Notes: generated by a model not told the origin, from the letters alone. A DNA stretch of 42,602 nt from an uncultured Candidatus Saccharibacteria bacterium (GCA_964610795.1 CAZSWG010000001.1:1-42602); one strand, 5' to 3'. Shown: positions 23,801 through 33,082, counted from the first letter of the stretch. Made by a program: numbers and translations.

Positions 23801-23904
23801 ATACTATTGGGTATGACAAAAAATAAAACGTAGACTATGGCAGAGATCCCGCCGGTAATCCACGTTATATCAAATAGAAATTCTTTGAAGGTTGGTTCTC
23901 TCAT
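23797..23904 (-). CDS. Possible 35-aa membrane peptide (not in the track)
   Basis: My translation is MREPTFKEFLFDITWITGGISAIVYVLFFVIPNSI. Its stop overlaps the next ATG (ATGA). Confidence 0.3.
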   Translation of the reverse strand: MREPTFKEFLFDITWITGGISAIVYVLFFVIPNSI

Positions 23905-23909
23905 AGTTA

Positions 23910-24482
23910 TCACATTACTTCTATTCTTCTAATTTGATTTTTTGATTGCATTGATCTCGTAGCCCACCGACAATTTGATGGTTCATAATTGCCAAACGGA
24001 TTTATTCTATCAATAGAAGTATTTTTTTCTCCGTATATCTTTACATGATTGAGGTAAGATAAATACATATCGTTTTTGAAAATAATAAAATTTTTCCACA
24101 TATTACAAACTTTTATGCCCTTTGCTCCATACCTATAATAATTTACACAATATAATTTTTCACATCTTTGCCTCATTCCTCTCCAAATTTCATAGAATCT
24201 AAGTTTTAATTTATCTCCATTCCTAAAAGTAAATCCATGTATAATTTTATGTGTCTTATGTTTAATCCCTTTTTTTGACTTTCGTTGAGTTTCTTTCTGT
24301 AAGCAACCACAGCTTTTAACTCCTCTACCAACATTACAAACTGATACTATTTTTTCTTTTCCACAAACACATTGAAAAATCCAATATCTTCGTTTATGAC
24401 CAGTCTTATCTCTTATTGTATGAGAATATCTGATAGCAGTAAGTCTACCAAACTTTCTTCCGGTTAAATTAAACGGTTTCAT
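23910..24482 (-). CDS. Free-standing HNH-type homing endonuclease
   Basis: The N-terminal LTGRKFGRLTAI...W.FQCVCGKEKIV....SCGC zinc-ribbon pattern and the C-terminal IDRINPFGNYEPSNCRWATRSMQSKN are typical of phage HNH/AP2-type endonucleases. The gene is AT-rich and starts right after a terminator. Confidence 0.65.
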   Translation of the reverse strand: MKPFNLTGRKFGRLTAIRYSHTIRDKTGHKRRYWIFQCVCGKEKIVSVCNVGRGVKSCGCLQKETQRKSKKGIKHKTHKIIHGFTFRNGDKLKLRFYEIWRGMRQRCEKLYCVNYYRYGAKGIKVCNMWKNFIIFKNDMYLSYLNHVKIYGEKNTSIDRINPFGNYEPSNCRWATRSMQSKNQIRRIEVM

Positions 24483-24488
24483 TTCAAC

Positions 24489-24553
24489 AAAAAACCTCTG
24501 TAGAGAATACAGGTACAGATTTTGCGGTCAGAAACCTGTACCCTCCACAGAGG
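24489..24553 (-). terminator. Rho-independent terminator
   Basis: mRNA reads CCTCTGTGGAGGGTACAGG-loop-CCTGTATTCTCTACAGAGG followed by TTTTTT. The stem is up to ~19 bp including G-U pairs. It lies 30 nt after the stop of 24583..24801. Confidence 0.8.
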
Positions 24554-24582
24554 TCGCAAAATCATGTTTGTACAAAGATAGT

Positions 24583-24801
24583 CTAAACCTTTTTATTCCC
24601 CTTTGTCAAGTGCGGAGATGGGACGAGTTGAACGTCCGGTATTTTGTTAATGGGCAAACTAACAAAATCTCCTCTCCCAGCATCTCCATATAGAAAATCT
24701 ATCATTTGACTATTTGCCTCTGCAAGACGCCGGACTTCTGATCGCTTCCCCTCGTGATGCGCGTCATCATGCTTTCCGTTGATAAACTTTTCAATTGCCA
24801 T
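24583..24801 (-). CDS. Hypothetical small protein
   Basis: 72-aa ORF with no motif. Confidence 0.45.
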   Translation of the reverse strand: MAIEKFINGKHDDAHHEGKRSEVRRLAEANSQMIDFLYGDAGRGDFVSLPINKIPDVQLVPSPHLTKGNKKV

Positions 24802-24857
24802 ACGTTATGATATACCATAAAGTATGCTACCTCTTCTGTCCATTGGTTTAAAAGTCT

Positions 24858-24886
24858 CCTCATCCGAGCACCAAAAAACGGAGAGG
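24858..24886 (-). terminator. Possible weak terminator or processing hairpin
   Basis: CCTC(A)TCCG / CGGAGAGG forms an 8-bp stem with a 12-nt loop. The U-tract on the minus strand is poor. Confidence 0.25.
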
Positions 24887-24910
24887 TAGTTTATTTTTCT
24901 TAAAATTCTT

Positions 24911-25147
24911 TTATACCGGCGATATGCCTTTCCACTTACCTTCGTAGCCGACTTCTTTTCTCCACTCATACACGACCTTATCAAGACCAGCGAGACCTAA
25001 CGTAATAGCCCATTTGACTTCGTTTGGCAATGTCGTGCCGGCAAGGGTCGTACTGCCGTAATCTGCAAGTGCTGACAAAAAAGCAAACGTTCCATACCGA
25101 ACAGCTACTTTGACACCTTCCAATACCCACTTTTTAATCGCTTCCAT
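24911..25147 (-). CDS. Small membrane protein, holin candidate
   Basis: 78 aa with two hydrophobic segments (YGTFAFLSALADYG, WAITLGLAGL). It lies immediately downstream of the two peptidases. Confidence 0.35.
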   Translation of the reverse strand: MEAIKKWVLEGVKVAVRYGTFAFLSALADYGSTTLAGTTLPNEVKWAITLGLAGLDKVVYEWRKEVGYEGKWKGISPV

Positions 25148-25151
25148 AATC

Positions 25152-25619
25152 TCACCCCCTATCTATAAGAATTGCTAAATTTTTAAATTTCTTTCCAGAC
25201 CGAAGTATATCCTTCCAATGTGAAATAAAGTAATCTTTGGTTAAAAACTCATCCTTCCCCAGCGCCGGGTCCCATACTTTAATTTTGCCGTTAGACAATC
25301 CTAAAAAAACTACGTAGTGTCCATCTTCATAGAGATCACCGGCAGAATAGTCTACAATCACAGAAAAACCAAGTTTACGGACTGCATACAGGAATTTTAA
25401 GAATCTTTTTCCGTTAGGATGAGTAAGGCTTTCAGCCCAAAAACCCTTTTTCTTCGCGTATACGGCAAGAGCGCTTGGGTCAACACCATTTTCTTTTGTT
25501 GCACCAGTGCCTTTCGTTATCTTTTCTTCTGACAGTTTCAGACCGTACTTATCAAAGATATACCGGAGAGCGGCTGGGCCGCACGTATAGTTTGTATTCT
25601 GCTGTAATTGTTCTCCCAC
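25152..25619 (-). CDS. Stand-alone C39-like (papain-fold) cysteine peptidase
   Basis: QQNTNYTCGPAAL (Gln plus catalytic Cys), DGHYVVFLG (His) and KVWDPALG (Asp) appear in the order expected for Peptidase_C39. Confidence 0.7.
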   Translation of the reverse strand: MGEQLQQNTNYTCGPAALRYIFDKYGLKLSEEKITKGTGATKENGVDPSALAVYAKKKGFWAESLTHPNGKRFLKFLYAVRKLGFSVIVDYSAGDLYEDGHYVVFLGLSNGKIKVWDPALGKDEFLTKDYFISHWKDILRSGKKFKNLAILIDRG

Positions 25620-25621
25620 GT

Positions 25622-26575
25622 TTAGCTCTCTATTTTTTTAGGAACAAGTTTCCAGAACCATCCGACAAGACGAAGAAACAGATTTTGCATATGCACTTTT
25701 CCGGATGTAGCCTCTGCAAGCTCGTTGAGGATACGACCTTTCTCTTTAGACACAGTATCTACCTGCCCCTCAAGCTGAGCTATCCTGCCCTGCATCTGCC
25801 CCATCATCTTCTCGTTCGTCTTATCCTTCTCACCCGTCGCATCCAGACAGGCTGTAAGTAATTTGGCACTCTCATCACCAGATTGCTTATATCTTCCTGC
25901 TTGCTCTATCCGATTCTTTACCTCTTGATTAGCGCCAGAAAGATCACTTTGGAGCGATGTAACAGTCCCTTGGAGGCCACGGAGGGAGCGCACCACTGTA
26001 TCGGTACTGGCATCGCCGGGCAGTGCTAATTGCTTTGCAATCTCATCTCGGGTTGTTGCTTTTCCAACCAATTCCTCAAATAACTCCTTTTCTATCTCCA
26101 TTTTTGATTTCATCCATGACTCAATAAACGCAATCGGATTTTCCCATTGTTTAAGATCTTCCAGTGTTTTTGCAATGGCGTCTACTCCGGTTGGTTCTTT
26201 CTTTACAGCTAAATGACAGTGAGCGTACACCGTTCCAGAATTGCCTATCGTAGCCACTGTATCGCCTTCCTTAACTTGTTGTCCTTCAATAACGAGTATT
26301 TCATTACAATGAGCATAATGAACCCACCGTATACCCCACGGGCCTTCAATTTTAATATGGAGATGCTTTCCGAAAGAAGGCTTATTCGTGTGGGTATGAA
26401 CGGATGTCACTTTACCATCACAAATTGCATAAAGAGGTTTGCCAAGATCATTATTTCCTCCCAAATTATCGTTTATATCAACAGCCTCATGCGAACCGTA
26501 ATCAGTTTTATCTCCAAATCCAAATCCTGCCGATATATTCCATTTCGTTTTGAAATCATCAACCGGATACCTCAT
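25622..26575 (-). CDS. M23 (LytM-type) metallopeptidase endolysin with a coiled-coil C-terminal half
   Basis: HEAVDI (HxxxD) and GNSGTVYAHCHLAV (HxH). The C-terminal ~170 aa is helical and charged and ends in an amphipathic LFLRLVGWFWKLV. Confidence 0.8.
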   Translation of the reverse strand: MRYPVDDFKTKWNISAGFGFGDKTDYGSHEAVDINDNLGGNNDLGKPLYAICDGKVTSVHTHTNKPSFGKHLHIKIEGPWGIRWVHYAHCNEILVIEGQQVKEGDTVATIGNSGTVYAHCHLAVKKEPTGVDAIAKTLEDLKQWENPIAFIESWMKSKMEIEKELFEELVGKATTRDEIAKQLALPGDASTDTVVRSLRGLQGTVTSLQSDLSGANQEVKNRIEQAGRYKQSGDESAKLLTACLDATGEKDKTNEKMMGQMQGRIAQLEGQVDTVSKEKGRILNELAEATSGKVHMQNLFLRLVGWFWKLVPKKIES

Positions 26576-26613
26576 TATATACCTCCCGTTGTATTTCCTG
26601 CTATAATAGAAGA

Positions 26614-27075
26614 ATGGGAAGGATAAAAAGAGGAAGGTATTGGGCTATTCTTATTGGGAATAAATATGTTTTTGAACATAGATTGGTCATGGAAAAAAAA
26701 CTTGGTCGTCCGCTTACTCAAGATGAATGTGTAGACCATATTGACCGGAACCCTGAAAATAATAGTCCAGATAATCTTCGCCTTTTTTCTACACATGGTG
26801 AACATACGAAAGTAGCTCATGCAGATATATTTATTTCTCAAAGTATTGTAAGGAAAGGAATACACTTTTCTCCAAAAACAGAATTTAAAAAAGGCGACCC
26901 GAGAATTATGGGCAATAAATTTAGACTTGGTATTTCTTCTTGGAATAAGGGGAAAAAATGGTCTTTGAAACATAGAGAAAAACTGAAGGGTGCTCATAAA
27001 GGAAAACACAAACCTAACCTTACTTCTTTTAAAAAAGGAATGATTCCCTGGAATAAAGGTTTGAAAAAAACGTAA
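26614..27075 (+). CDS. Free-standing HNH endonuclease with NUMOD-like repeats
   Basis: EHRLVMEKKLGRPL..VDHIDRNPENNSPDNLRLF..HGEH, followed by WNKGKKWSLKHREKLKGAHKGK and IPWNKGLKK. It is on the plus strand, opposite to the surrounding genes. Confidence 0.85.
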   Translation: MGRIKRGRYWAILIGNKYVFEHRLVMEKKLGRPLTQDECVDHIDRNPENNSPDNLRLFSTHGEHTKVAHADIFISQSIVRKGIHFSPKTEFKKGDPRIMGNKFRLGISSWNKGKKWSLKHREKLKGAHKGKHKPNLTSFKKGMIPWNKGLKKT

Positions 27076-27106
27076 CGGCTCAATGGGGCGAATAATATCA
27101 GCCATA

Positions 27107-27376
27107 TTATTTGCGTATACCAACGGTAGTCTGTAATTCCTGAACCTTCAAAGATAGTTCTCCATAGCGTGTTTCTACACTCGAGTATTTAGTGAGGATT
27201 TCTTTCTGCTGAGCAATGACAATATCCATTTTCGTTTCTAGGACAGAAACCCGAGTCGTCCAAGCGGCGAAGGAAATTGCCATACCGATAAACGTGACAA
27301 TGAGCGGAAAGATATTATTAAACTGAAACCAAGTAATAGTATCTGATTTGTCTTTAGGCATACGTCTATCCTTCAT
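27107..27376 (-). CDS. Membrane-anchored coiled-coil protein (start may be the Met at 27361)
   Basis: The TM segment IFPLIVTFIGMAISFAAW is followed by a heptad-like helix. Confidence 0.45.
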   Translation of the reverse strand: MKDRRMPKDKSDTITWFQFNNIFPLIVTFIGMAISFAAWTTRVSVLETKMDIVIAQQKEILTKYSSVETRYGELSLKVQELQTTVGIRK

Positions 27377-27405
27377 TATAGAGTTCTCATATTATCGCAA
27401 GTCAA
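27375..27405 (-). promoter_or_regulatory. Possible promoter, TTGACT-N19-TATAAT (or N17-TCTATA)
   Basis: Minus strand reads TTGACTtgcgataatatgagaactcTATAATg. The -35 begins 2 nt after the stop of the 50-aa ORF. The spacing is not ideal. Confidence 0.35.
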
Positions 27406-27407
27406 AT

Positions 27408-27560
27408 CTATTCGTCATAAAAATACATATTTCCTCGCGCTCCATAGAGTCCTAAACCCCGACCGTCACGAAACATGAGCTTAAATACGCTCAAGAACAT
27501 TGAGTACACGGTGAGCAGGACCAGGAGAAACGCTAAAGCGTTTCCCACTTTTTGTTCCAT
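27408..27560 (-). CDS. 50-aa membrane peptide (not in the track)
   Basis: The ATG directly follows the TAA of the 1839-aa gene. My translation is MEQKVGNALAFLLVLLTVYSMFLSVFKLMFRDGRGLGLYGARGNMYFYDE. Confidence 0.45.
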   Translation of the reverse strand: MEQKVGNALAFLLVLLTVYSMFLSVFKLMFRDGRGLGLYGARGNMYFYDE

Positions 27561-30500
27561 TTATTTTTTCCGTACACTCTCCAATACTTTTTGGGCAATA
27601 GTTGTCTGCAATTCATTCAATTTTGTAATTTTCCGTTTTTTCTCATCTGGCGTAAGATGATCGCTACTTAGTATCATGTTGCGTGCGCGGTTTATATCAG
27701 TAAATGTATTAACAGCTCCCGTAAGCGTACTGGCGTGAACAATCTCCGGATGATCTTTAATAAACTTCTTCGCCTTTTCTACCTCTCCCTCTTTGACGAG
27801 CTTTCGGACGTAGGTAACCTGCCCGCCGATCTCGGAGTACATAGTGTAGATCCGGTTGACGGATTCAGAGGCAGATCCCTCCGGATCTCGGACTACAAAG
27901 GCTTTGATAATCGGTAAATCAGAGAGTGACGGGGCAGGACGCGGAGGAATCTTCACCGCGCCGGTTCCGGTTAGCACCTTATCTATAATGCTCAATGCGT
28001 ACCGGCCTAAACCTCCGGTATAACCGAGAATCAGGTTTTCAATCTTAGCGGGAGAGTATCGGAGCGCACTCCCGATAATTTTTGATATTTCCGTTGTATA
28101 TGGCCCATGTTGGGCTTCCGGTGGCAATCCTTCCTTGCCGCGCGAAACGATAGGACGATCTAAAAAGAAACTGTAATTACTTATATTCTCTATAATCGGT
28201 AAGAGTGTTGTCGGGATAAAGCCCGGAGTCGCGCCGTTTGCGACATCCGCCTGTAACTGGTCAAATATCTTTGGATCTTTATTGTCCATAAATTCTAGGA
28301 CTCGCTCAGGAACACTGCCAAAAAGTATTCCAACCTCAAATGGTTTAGGGATACGCCATATATTATCTTTGGTAAAGACTATCCAAAAAAGATCCTTCTG
28401 CCACGCTGGTATTTCTTTCCAGCGCTCATCATTTCGGTTAGCAAAATAGAGCAGTATAGACGGAAGCGTAATGCCCATAAGTGTCTTGAAAAGTGTCTGA
28501 TAGGGCCGGGTTTTAAACGATCGGATGAGCTTGTCTGTACCTTGCACATTTGCGTTCCAGAAGGCGACAAGCATATTAACGGCTTTCGTCTTTGCGCCAA
28601 TCCGGCTAAAATCTAATGTTACTTCCCTACTATCAAACGCTCCTTGAACTGGATTTTTGCCCTTCGTTAATGCGCGCTTCATCTCCCCAAGTCGCGTCGC
28701 CTGTTCTCCTATCTCTGAGAGCGTTTGAAGAAGCTCTAGGGGATTTTTAATGTACCGAAGCACTTTTGCTTTGTTCTCATGGAGTAGAACGGTAAGATTC
28801 TTCTGCATATATTTTCTGTCCATGCTGACAAGCATTGCTCGCTCTCCGCCACCGGCTCTCCACAAGTTATATACATCGCCTTGCTTAAAAAGCTCAAACA
28901 TACCGCGCAAGAGATCAAAACCGGGCGTATATCCGGATCGGGAATAGATAAAAGCGGAAAATTGATCGCGGATTGGATTTCTTAGAGAAAAGTCAGGCGT
29001 GAGCGTTGCTCCTGCCCGAAGAATATGGGCGGGGAGTGAAAGAAGCCGCATGATAAGTCCGCTATCTTCTGCGTTAAGACCCTGTATTGACTTAAAAAGC
29101 ATCGGATCTACCTGAAACACCATCTTCCTGTCTCCCATGTTGACGTTGAGCATATTCGGTCCGATGTCCATTGTTGGACGAAAAATGGTTACGACTATAT
29201 CGGCAAGATCCTCTGGTACTTCTATTTCTGCATCACTTTCCTTGAGTACCTTTTCCATCACTTCCTTCGCGTTAACTTTGACTCCCTTCATGGGACGATC
29301 CACTTTTTCAAAAAGACGCCCGAGTTCAAAGTTCTCTGCGCTAAGGTTTGCCATAGCAATACCAATACTATTGCGCTCTACGGCGTTTATAATCGCGTAA
29401 GTATCTTTAATATCGCTTTCAAGAGGATCTATAATTTCTCGTTCTGATCCTTTAATTCGTTTGATAGGACTGCCAAGATTACCAGCCATCTTGCGCCGAC
29501 CCATGAATCCACCGCCAGCGACTTCTTCCATGACACGATAGAAGGGTACATGAAACTTATTGAGCGCCTTAATTCTTGTGAGCGCTTCCTGTCCGAGTAG
29601 GCCGCTACTTGGTTCTGCGGCATACTTGAGGAGTGCGTCTTTATATGCGAGACGTTCCTGCGCGATCTTTTCAAACTCCGGATACTTTTGTGAAAGTTCA
29701 ACGAGTGCGTCTTCTGCGTCCTTTCGGGTTATTCCGGTGACTATCCCGCGATCAGAGAGTTCAATTGCGCGTTTAGAAACAATATAGACCCGAAATTCAT
29801 CCATTTTTCCGGTTTTTTCAATCGGACGCATAATCTCTGAATAGCTCTTACCAGTGAAATTCATTTTGGTCTTACCTTTTTCGTCTACAGACCAGAACTC
29901 CCGGCCAAATGTGCCTTTGGTTAAAAACAGATCAGCTTTCCCGGCCCACCCGCGAAGGTTCCGAGCAAGAATGTACGGATCTCTTGTTGCGTTTATCGGT
30001 CCCAGCTTCTTTTTGGCAATACGGGAAAACTCCTCAAGAGGATGAAGGTCATCTAACGCGGCCGTATAAAAATCATGGAGACTTGTATTAACCTTATCAA
30101 GTAAACTTCTCTTATTCTGTGTTCCGATAGAAATGTGGCTAAGAATCTTTGCGGTTGCCGGCTGATTCATCCAGCGTTTAAAGTCCCGGGTTGCTGTATC
30201 TATAACTTCCTTAATTTCCGGAAGCTCTTTCATCCGAGTATCAAAGATTTTAGAAAACTCTGGAGCGAATTTTTCCGCCTTTGCATCCTGCCCACTCATC
30301 TTAAACCGGAGAAACTCTGAAAATGCCTCTTTTCTTTGCTTATCTGTTTGCCCTTCATATTTAGTTGCATACTCAGTCAATAATGATTTTCGTTCCGCTA
30401 CGCTTATATCACGGGAGAAATTAAATTGGTCATCAAGAAAATGTCCGACTTCGTGGAAGACCGTTTGGAGACCACCCTTCTTTATCCGGACAACTTTGGG

Positions 30501-33080
30501 TTGTTGCTTAAATATACCGAGGGCTCTTTGATTGAACTTGCCGCGCCTGATCGGCACGCCGAGCTTTTCGCTTAACTCTTTAGCTATTTCACTCTTTTTG
30601 ACGATCTTTTCTACTTCTTTGGCGGCCTTAGGAGATTCCGGATCTTCTAGGTTTTTGGGGTTAAAGCCGTAGACTGTCGGCTCTTTTACTCCTTGAGAAC
30701 TCTCTTTGGCCACTACTCCTCTAAAACTTCCAACTATATCTTTTTCAGATATTGGCGTTCTGTGTAATCTCAATACCCCCTTATATTCAGGGTGTTTATT
30801 TCCATAACTTGTAACAAGAAATGAATTACCACCATCGGCTTCCTTTACCACACCAATAACCAAATCTTTATCGCCTGTCCATGTTTTATAAATTGTTCCA
30901 GCCCACTTTTGGTTTTCAGGTGTTTGTAACCCTTTTGTATAACCCATGAGAGTTTTTAATTCCCCCTCATTAAGTTTCATTCCTTGTATTCCACGCCCAC
31001 CGGGCAATTCTGAACCCGTAGCTATTTTATTGATAATTTCATTTACGTTACCTGTTTTTACTATTCCCCCTACTCCTTTGGTAACTTGGCTGTAGAAATC
31101 GGTGAGTTGGGATTTTGTTTTGAGGATATCAGGATTAAGTATTCTAATTTCTTTTTCTGCAAAAACTGGACTTATATCACCATAATCTATTGCATCAAAC
31201 CCCGCATTTCTAAAAGCATTTAATATAGGAGATGGCGTTTCAACACCTAAGTGGAGTTTTAATGATTCCAATGCCATTTCTGGAGAAGCATTAGGGAATA
31301 CTTCTCTTGCAATTATTGCAGCATCTTTTACTGTAGCAATCTTAGCTTCAGGTTTAATATAAAATTCTTCAATAGTCCCTCCTTTCCCAACTTCTTGTGC
31401 AAATTCTCCTGCGATTGTCTTTGATAAACTGACAGATATTCCCTGTTTAAAACCTCTTAATACATCTAATTTCTCCCCACCCCTAAATACTGGTGTCTGA
31501 CTTTTTACAAACTCCTCTGCATTCTTATACTTCCTTGCTTCTTGAGCAAGAGGTTCTAATTCCTTTGGTATTCCCGCAATTGGAGCTTCTGGAGGCTCTA
31601 TCCTCTCCCTTACTGGTTTAACGGGCGTAACTTCAGCTTTTATGGCTGGCTTTTGTATTTTCTGCTCTACCGGAGAGGGTAGGGGAGTCTCTTTCACACC
31701 TGCCTGTTCTGCGATACGCTTTGGCTCGGCAGACACTTTTGCTTCTCCTGGCTTACCGGCTTCTCCCGGGAGCTTTCCTTTGGCATCTACATACTCCACG
31801 CGAAGAATATAATCGGTCCCCTCGCCGCTCTTGAGCTTTATCTCCTGGGGCTTGCCGGTTATAGATTCCACAATGCCCTTACCGACGACTTTAGCCGCCA
31901 GAGATTCCTGGGAGGCAATGACTTCAATCTTCACATCTTTACCCATGGCTTCGGCCTGATCTGCAATCTTACGAAAGGCGGCTTTGCTTTTGGGCGGGAT
32001 ACTTGATCCGTCTGCCCGGTTCCGGATATCTGCGGGTGTGAGTGTTTCACCGCGCTCCAAAAACTTTGCGCTAGTAAGCTGACGGTAAGCCACATTCGTA
32101 GTATGAAACAACGCGCCGATTATTCCGGCTGTCCATGACGTTTCTAATGCCTGTTTTGGCGGCATCCCTTTTGTCAATTTATCTACAACTGCCGAGCCAT
32201 ACAAAAGAAACCCTGCAGGAATCGCACCTTTATACGTTAGCGGTACTTTCCCAAATAACCACGCAGTTATCAAATCATTAGAAAACCTCTTAATTCTATC
32301 CTGTACGGTTGTTCCGACAGGTTGGCTTAGTTGACCGATACTGGTAAAAAGAATAGGAAGTGTTGCCCGAGCCGCGCCAATCGCACGAAGTCCTTGACCG
32401 CCGTAATACATAGTCGCAACTCCGGCAAGTATTTCTCCGATCGTCGCTTGTGTTTCCCCCCAAAAATCTTTCGGGGCAAATGTCTCGGTATTCCAGTATT
32501 CGTCAAACGACTTCGTATTACCGATAAACGTCTGCGTTAATCTTTTGGTAAATCCGTATACTGCTGGACGCTTTACAAAATCTTCTTCTACCTTCTTCTG
32601 CACAAATGCCAGTGTTTTTGTAATCGTGCTATCATAATTGTCTTGCAGGTATTTCTGGACTTTCTCAATTTCCTGCTGTGGGTCTTTGATTGCTGGGAAT
32701 AACACTTCGGCAACCTTCCGAGCGGTACTTTTTTCTGACTTTGCTACTGGCGCAATGGGTTTTTGCACGGACGGTTCTTGAATAGGCGAGATGACTTCTT
32801 TCTTGCCGAAAAAAGAGGATAGAGTACTTTTTGCACTTATGGTAAAATCTTCCGCAATTTTCTTCCATGTATCCAGTGTATTTGCTTCTGATATTTGAAT
32901 TTGTGGTGTAACTGGGAGCGTAGGATACGATTTTTTCTGAACTGTTACTTCTTGACCAATTTTAGAAAAAACACCGTAATAAGGAGAGGTAATTTCAGTC
33001 GTCTTTACTGAAGGTGTCGGTGTCAGCTGTTTATCGTCCTGAGAAAATTTACTGAAGGTTCCATATAAAGGAATTGCCAT
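27561..33080 (-). CDS. Giant 1839-aa multidomain virion/ejection protein with a zincin HExxH motif (polyvalent-protein-like)
   Basis: A cluster of hydrophobic helices at about residues 210-340, a Pro/Lys-rich linker, TVFHEVGHFLDD (HExxH) near residue ~1010, and a long C-terminal half. It lies in the tail/ejection module. Confidence 0.7.
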   Translation of the reverse strand: MAIPLYGTFSKFSQDDKQLTPTPSVKTTEITSPYYGVFSKIGQEVTVQKKSYPTLPVTPQIQISEANTLDTWKKIAEDFTISAKSTLSSFFGKKEVISPIQEPSVQKPIAPVAKSEKSTARKVAEVLFPAIKDPQQEIEKVQKYLQDNYDSTITKTLAFVQKKVEEDFVKRPAVYGFTKRLTQTFIGNTKSFDEYWNTETFAPKDFWGETQATIGEILAGVATMYYGGQGLRAIGAARATLPILFTSIGQLSQPVGTTVQDRIKRFSNDLITAWLFGKVPLTYKGAIPAGFLLYGSAVVDKLTKGMPPKQALETSWTAGIIGALFHTTNVAYRQLTSAKFLERGETLTPADIRNRADGSSIPPKSKAAFRKIADQAEAMGKDVKIEVIASQESLAAKVVGKGIVESITGKPQEIKLKSGEGTDYILRVEYVDAKGKLPGEAGKPGEAKVSAEPKRIAEQAGVKETPLPSPVEQKIQKPAIKAEVTPVKPVRERIEPPEAPIAGIPKELEPLAQEARKYKNAEEFVKSQTPVFRGGEKLDVLRGFKQGISVSLSKTIAGEFAQEVGKGGTIEEFYIKPEAKIATVKDAAIIAREVFPNASPEMALESLKLHLGVETPSPILNAFRNAGFDAIDYGDISPVFAEKEIRILNPDILKTKSQLTDFYSQVTKGVGGIVKTGNVNEIINKIATGSELPGGRGIQGMKLNEGELKTLMGYTKGLQTPENQKWAGTIYKTWTGDKDLVIGVVKEADGGNSFLVTSYGNKHPEYKGVLRLHRTPISEKDIVGSFRGVVAKESSQGVKEPTVYGFNPKNLEDPESPKAAKEVEKIVKKSEIAKELSEKLGVPIRRGKFNQRALGIFKQQPKVVRIKKGGLQTVFHEVGHFLDDQFNFSRDISVAERKSLLTEYATKYEGQTDKQRKEAFSEFLRFKMSGQDAKAEKFAPEFSKIFDTRMKELPEIKEVIDTATRDFKRWMNQPATAKILSHISIGTQNKRSLLDKVNTSLHDFYTAALDDLHPLEEFSRIAKKKLGPINATRDPYILARNLRGWAGKADLFLTKGTFGREFWSVDEKGKTKMNFTGKSYSEIMRPIEKTGKMDEFRVYIVSKRAIELSDRGIVTGITRKDAEDALVELSQKYPEFEKIAQERLAYKDALLKYAAEPSSGLLGQEALTRIKALNKFHVPFYRVMEEVAGGGFMGRRKMAGNLGSPIKRIKGSEREIIDPLESDIKDTYAIINAVERNSIGIAMANLSAENFELGRLFEKVDRPMKGVKVNAKEVMEKVLKESDAEIEVPEDLADIVVTIFRPTMDIGPNMLNVNMGDRKMVFQVDPMLFKSIQGLNAEDSGLIMRLLSLPAHILRAGATLTPDFSLRNPIRDQFSAFIYSRSGYTPGFDLLRGMFELFKQGDVYNLWRAGGGERAMLVSMDRKYMQKNLTVLLHENKAKVLRYIKNPLELLQTLSEIGEQATRLGEMKRALTKGKNPVQGAFDSREVTLDFSRIGAKTKAVNMLVAFWNANVQGTDKLIRSFKTRPYQTLFKTLMGITLPSILLYFANRNDERWKEIPAWQKDLFWIVFTKDNIWRIPKPFEVGILFGSVPERVLEFMDNKDPKIFDQLQADVANGATPGFIPTTLLPIIENISNYSFFLDRPIVSRGKEGLPPEAQHGPYTTEISKIIGSALRYSPAKIENLILGYTGGLGRYALSIIDKVLTGTGAVKIPPRPAPSLSDLPIIKAFVVRDPEGSASESVNRIYTMYSEIGGQVTYVRKLVKEGEVEKAKKFIKDHPEIVHASTLTGAVNTFTDINRARNMILSSDHLTPDEKKRKITKLNELQTTIAQKVLESVRKK

Positions 33081-33082
33081 AA

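Noticed and set aside
26575-27123. A 182-aa minus-strand ORF overlaps the plus-strand HNH gene.
   Set aside because: Its product is low-complexity and Phe/Lys/Arg-rich with no motif. The plus-strand frame has clear HNH and NUMOD motifs, so this is an antisense shadow.
31350-31560. An ADP-ribosyltransferase-like R-S-E pattern occurs in the 1839-aa protein (VFRGG ... GISVSLSKTIAGEFA ... TIEEFYI).
   Set aside because: The putative ExE is actually E-E, and its spacing from the S-x-S motif is much shorter than in known ARTs. The evidence is too weak without a profile search.
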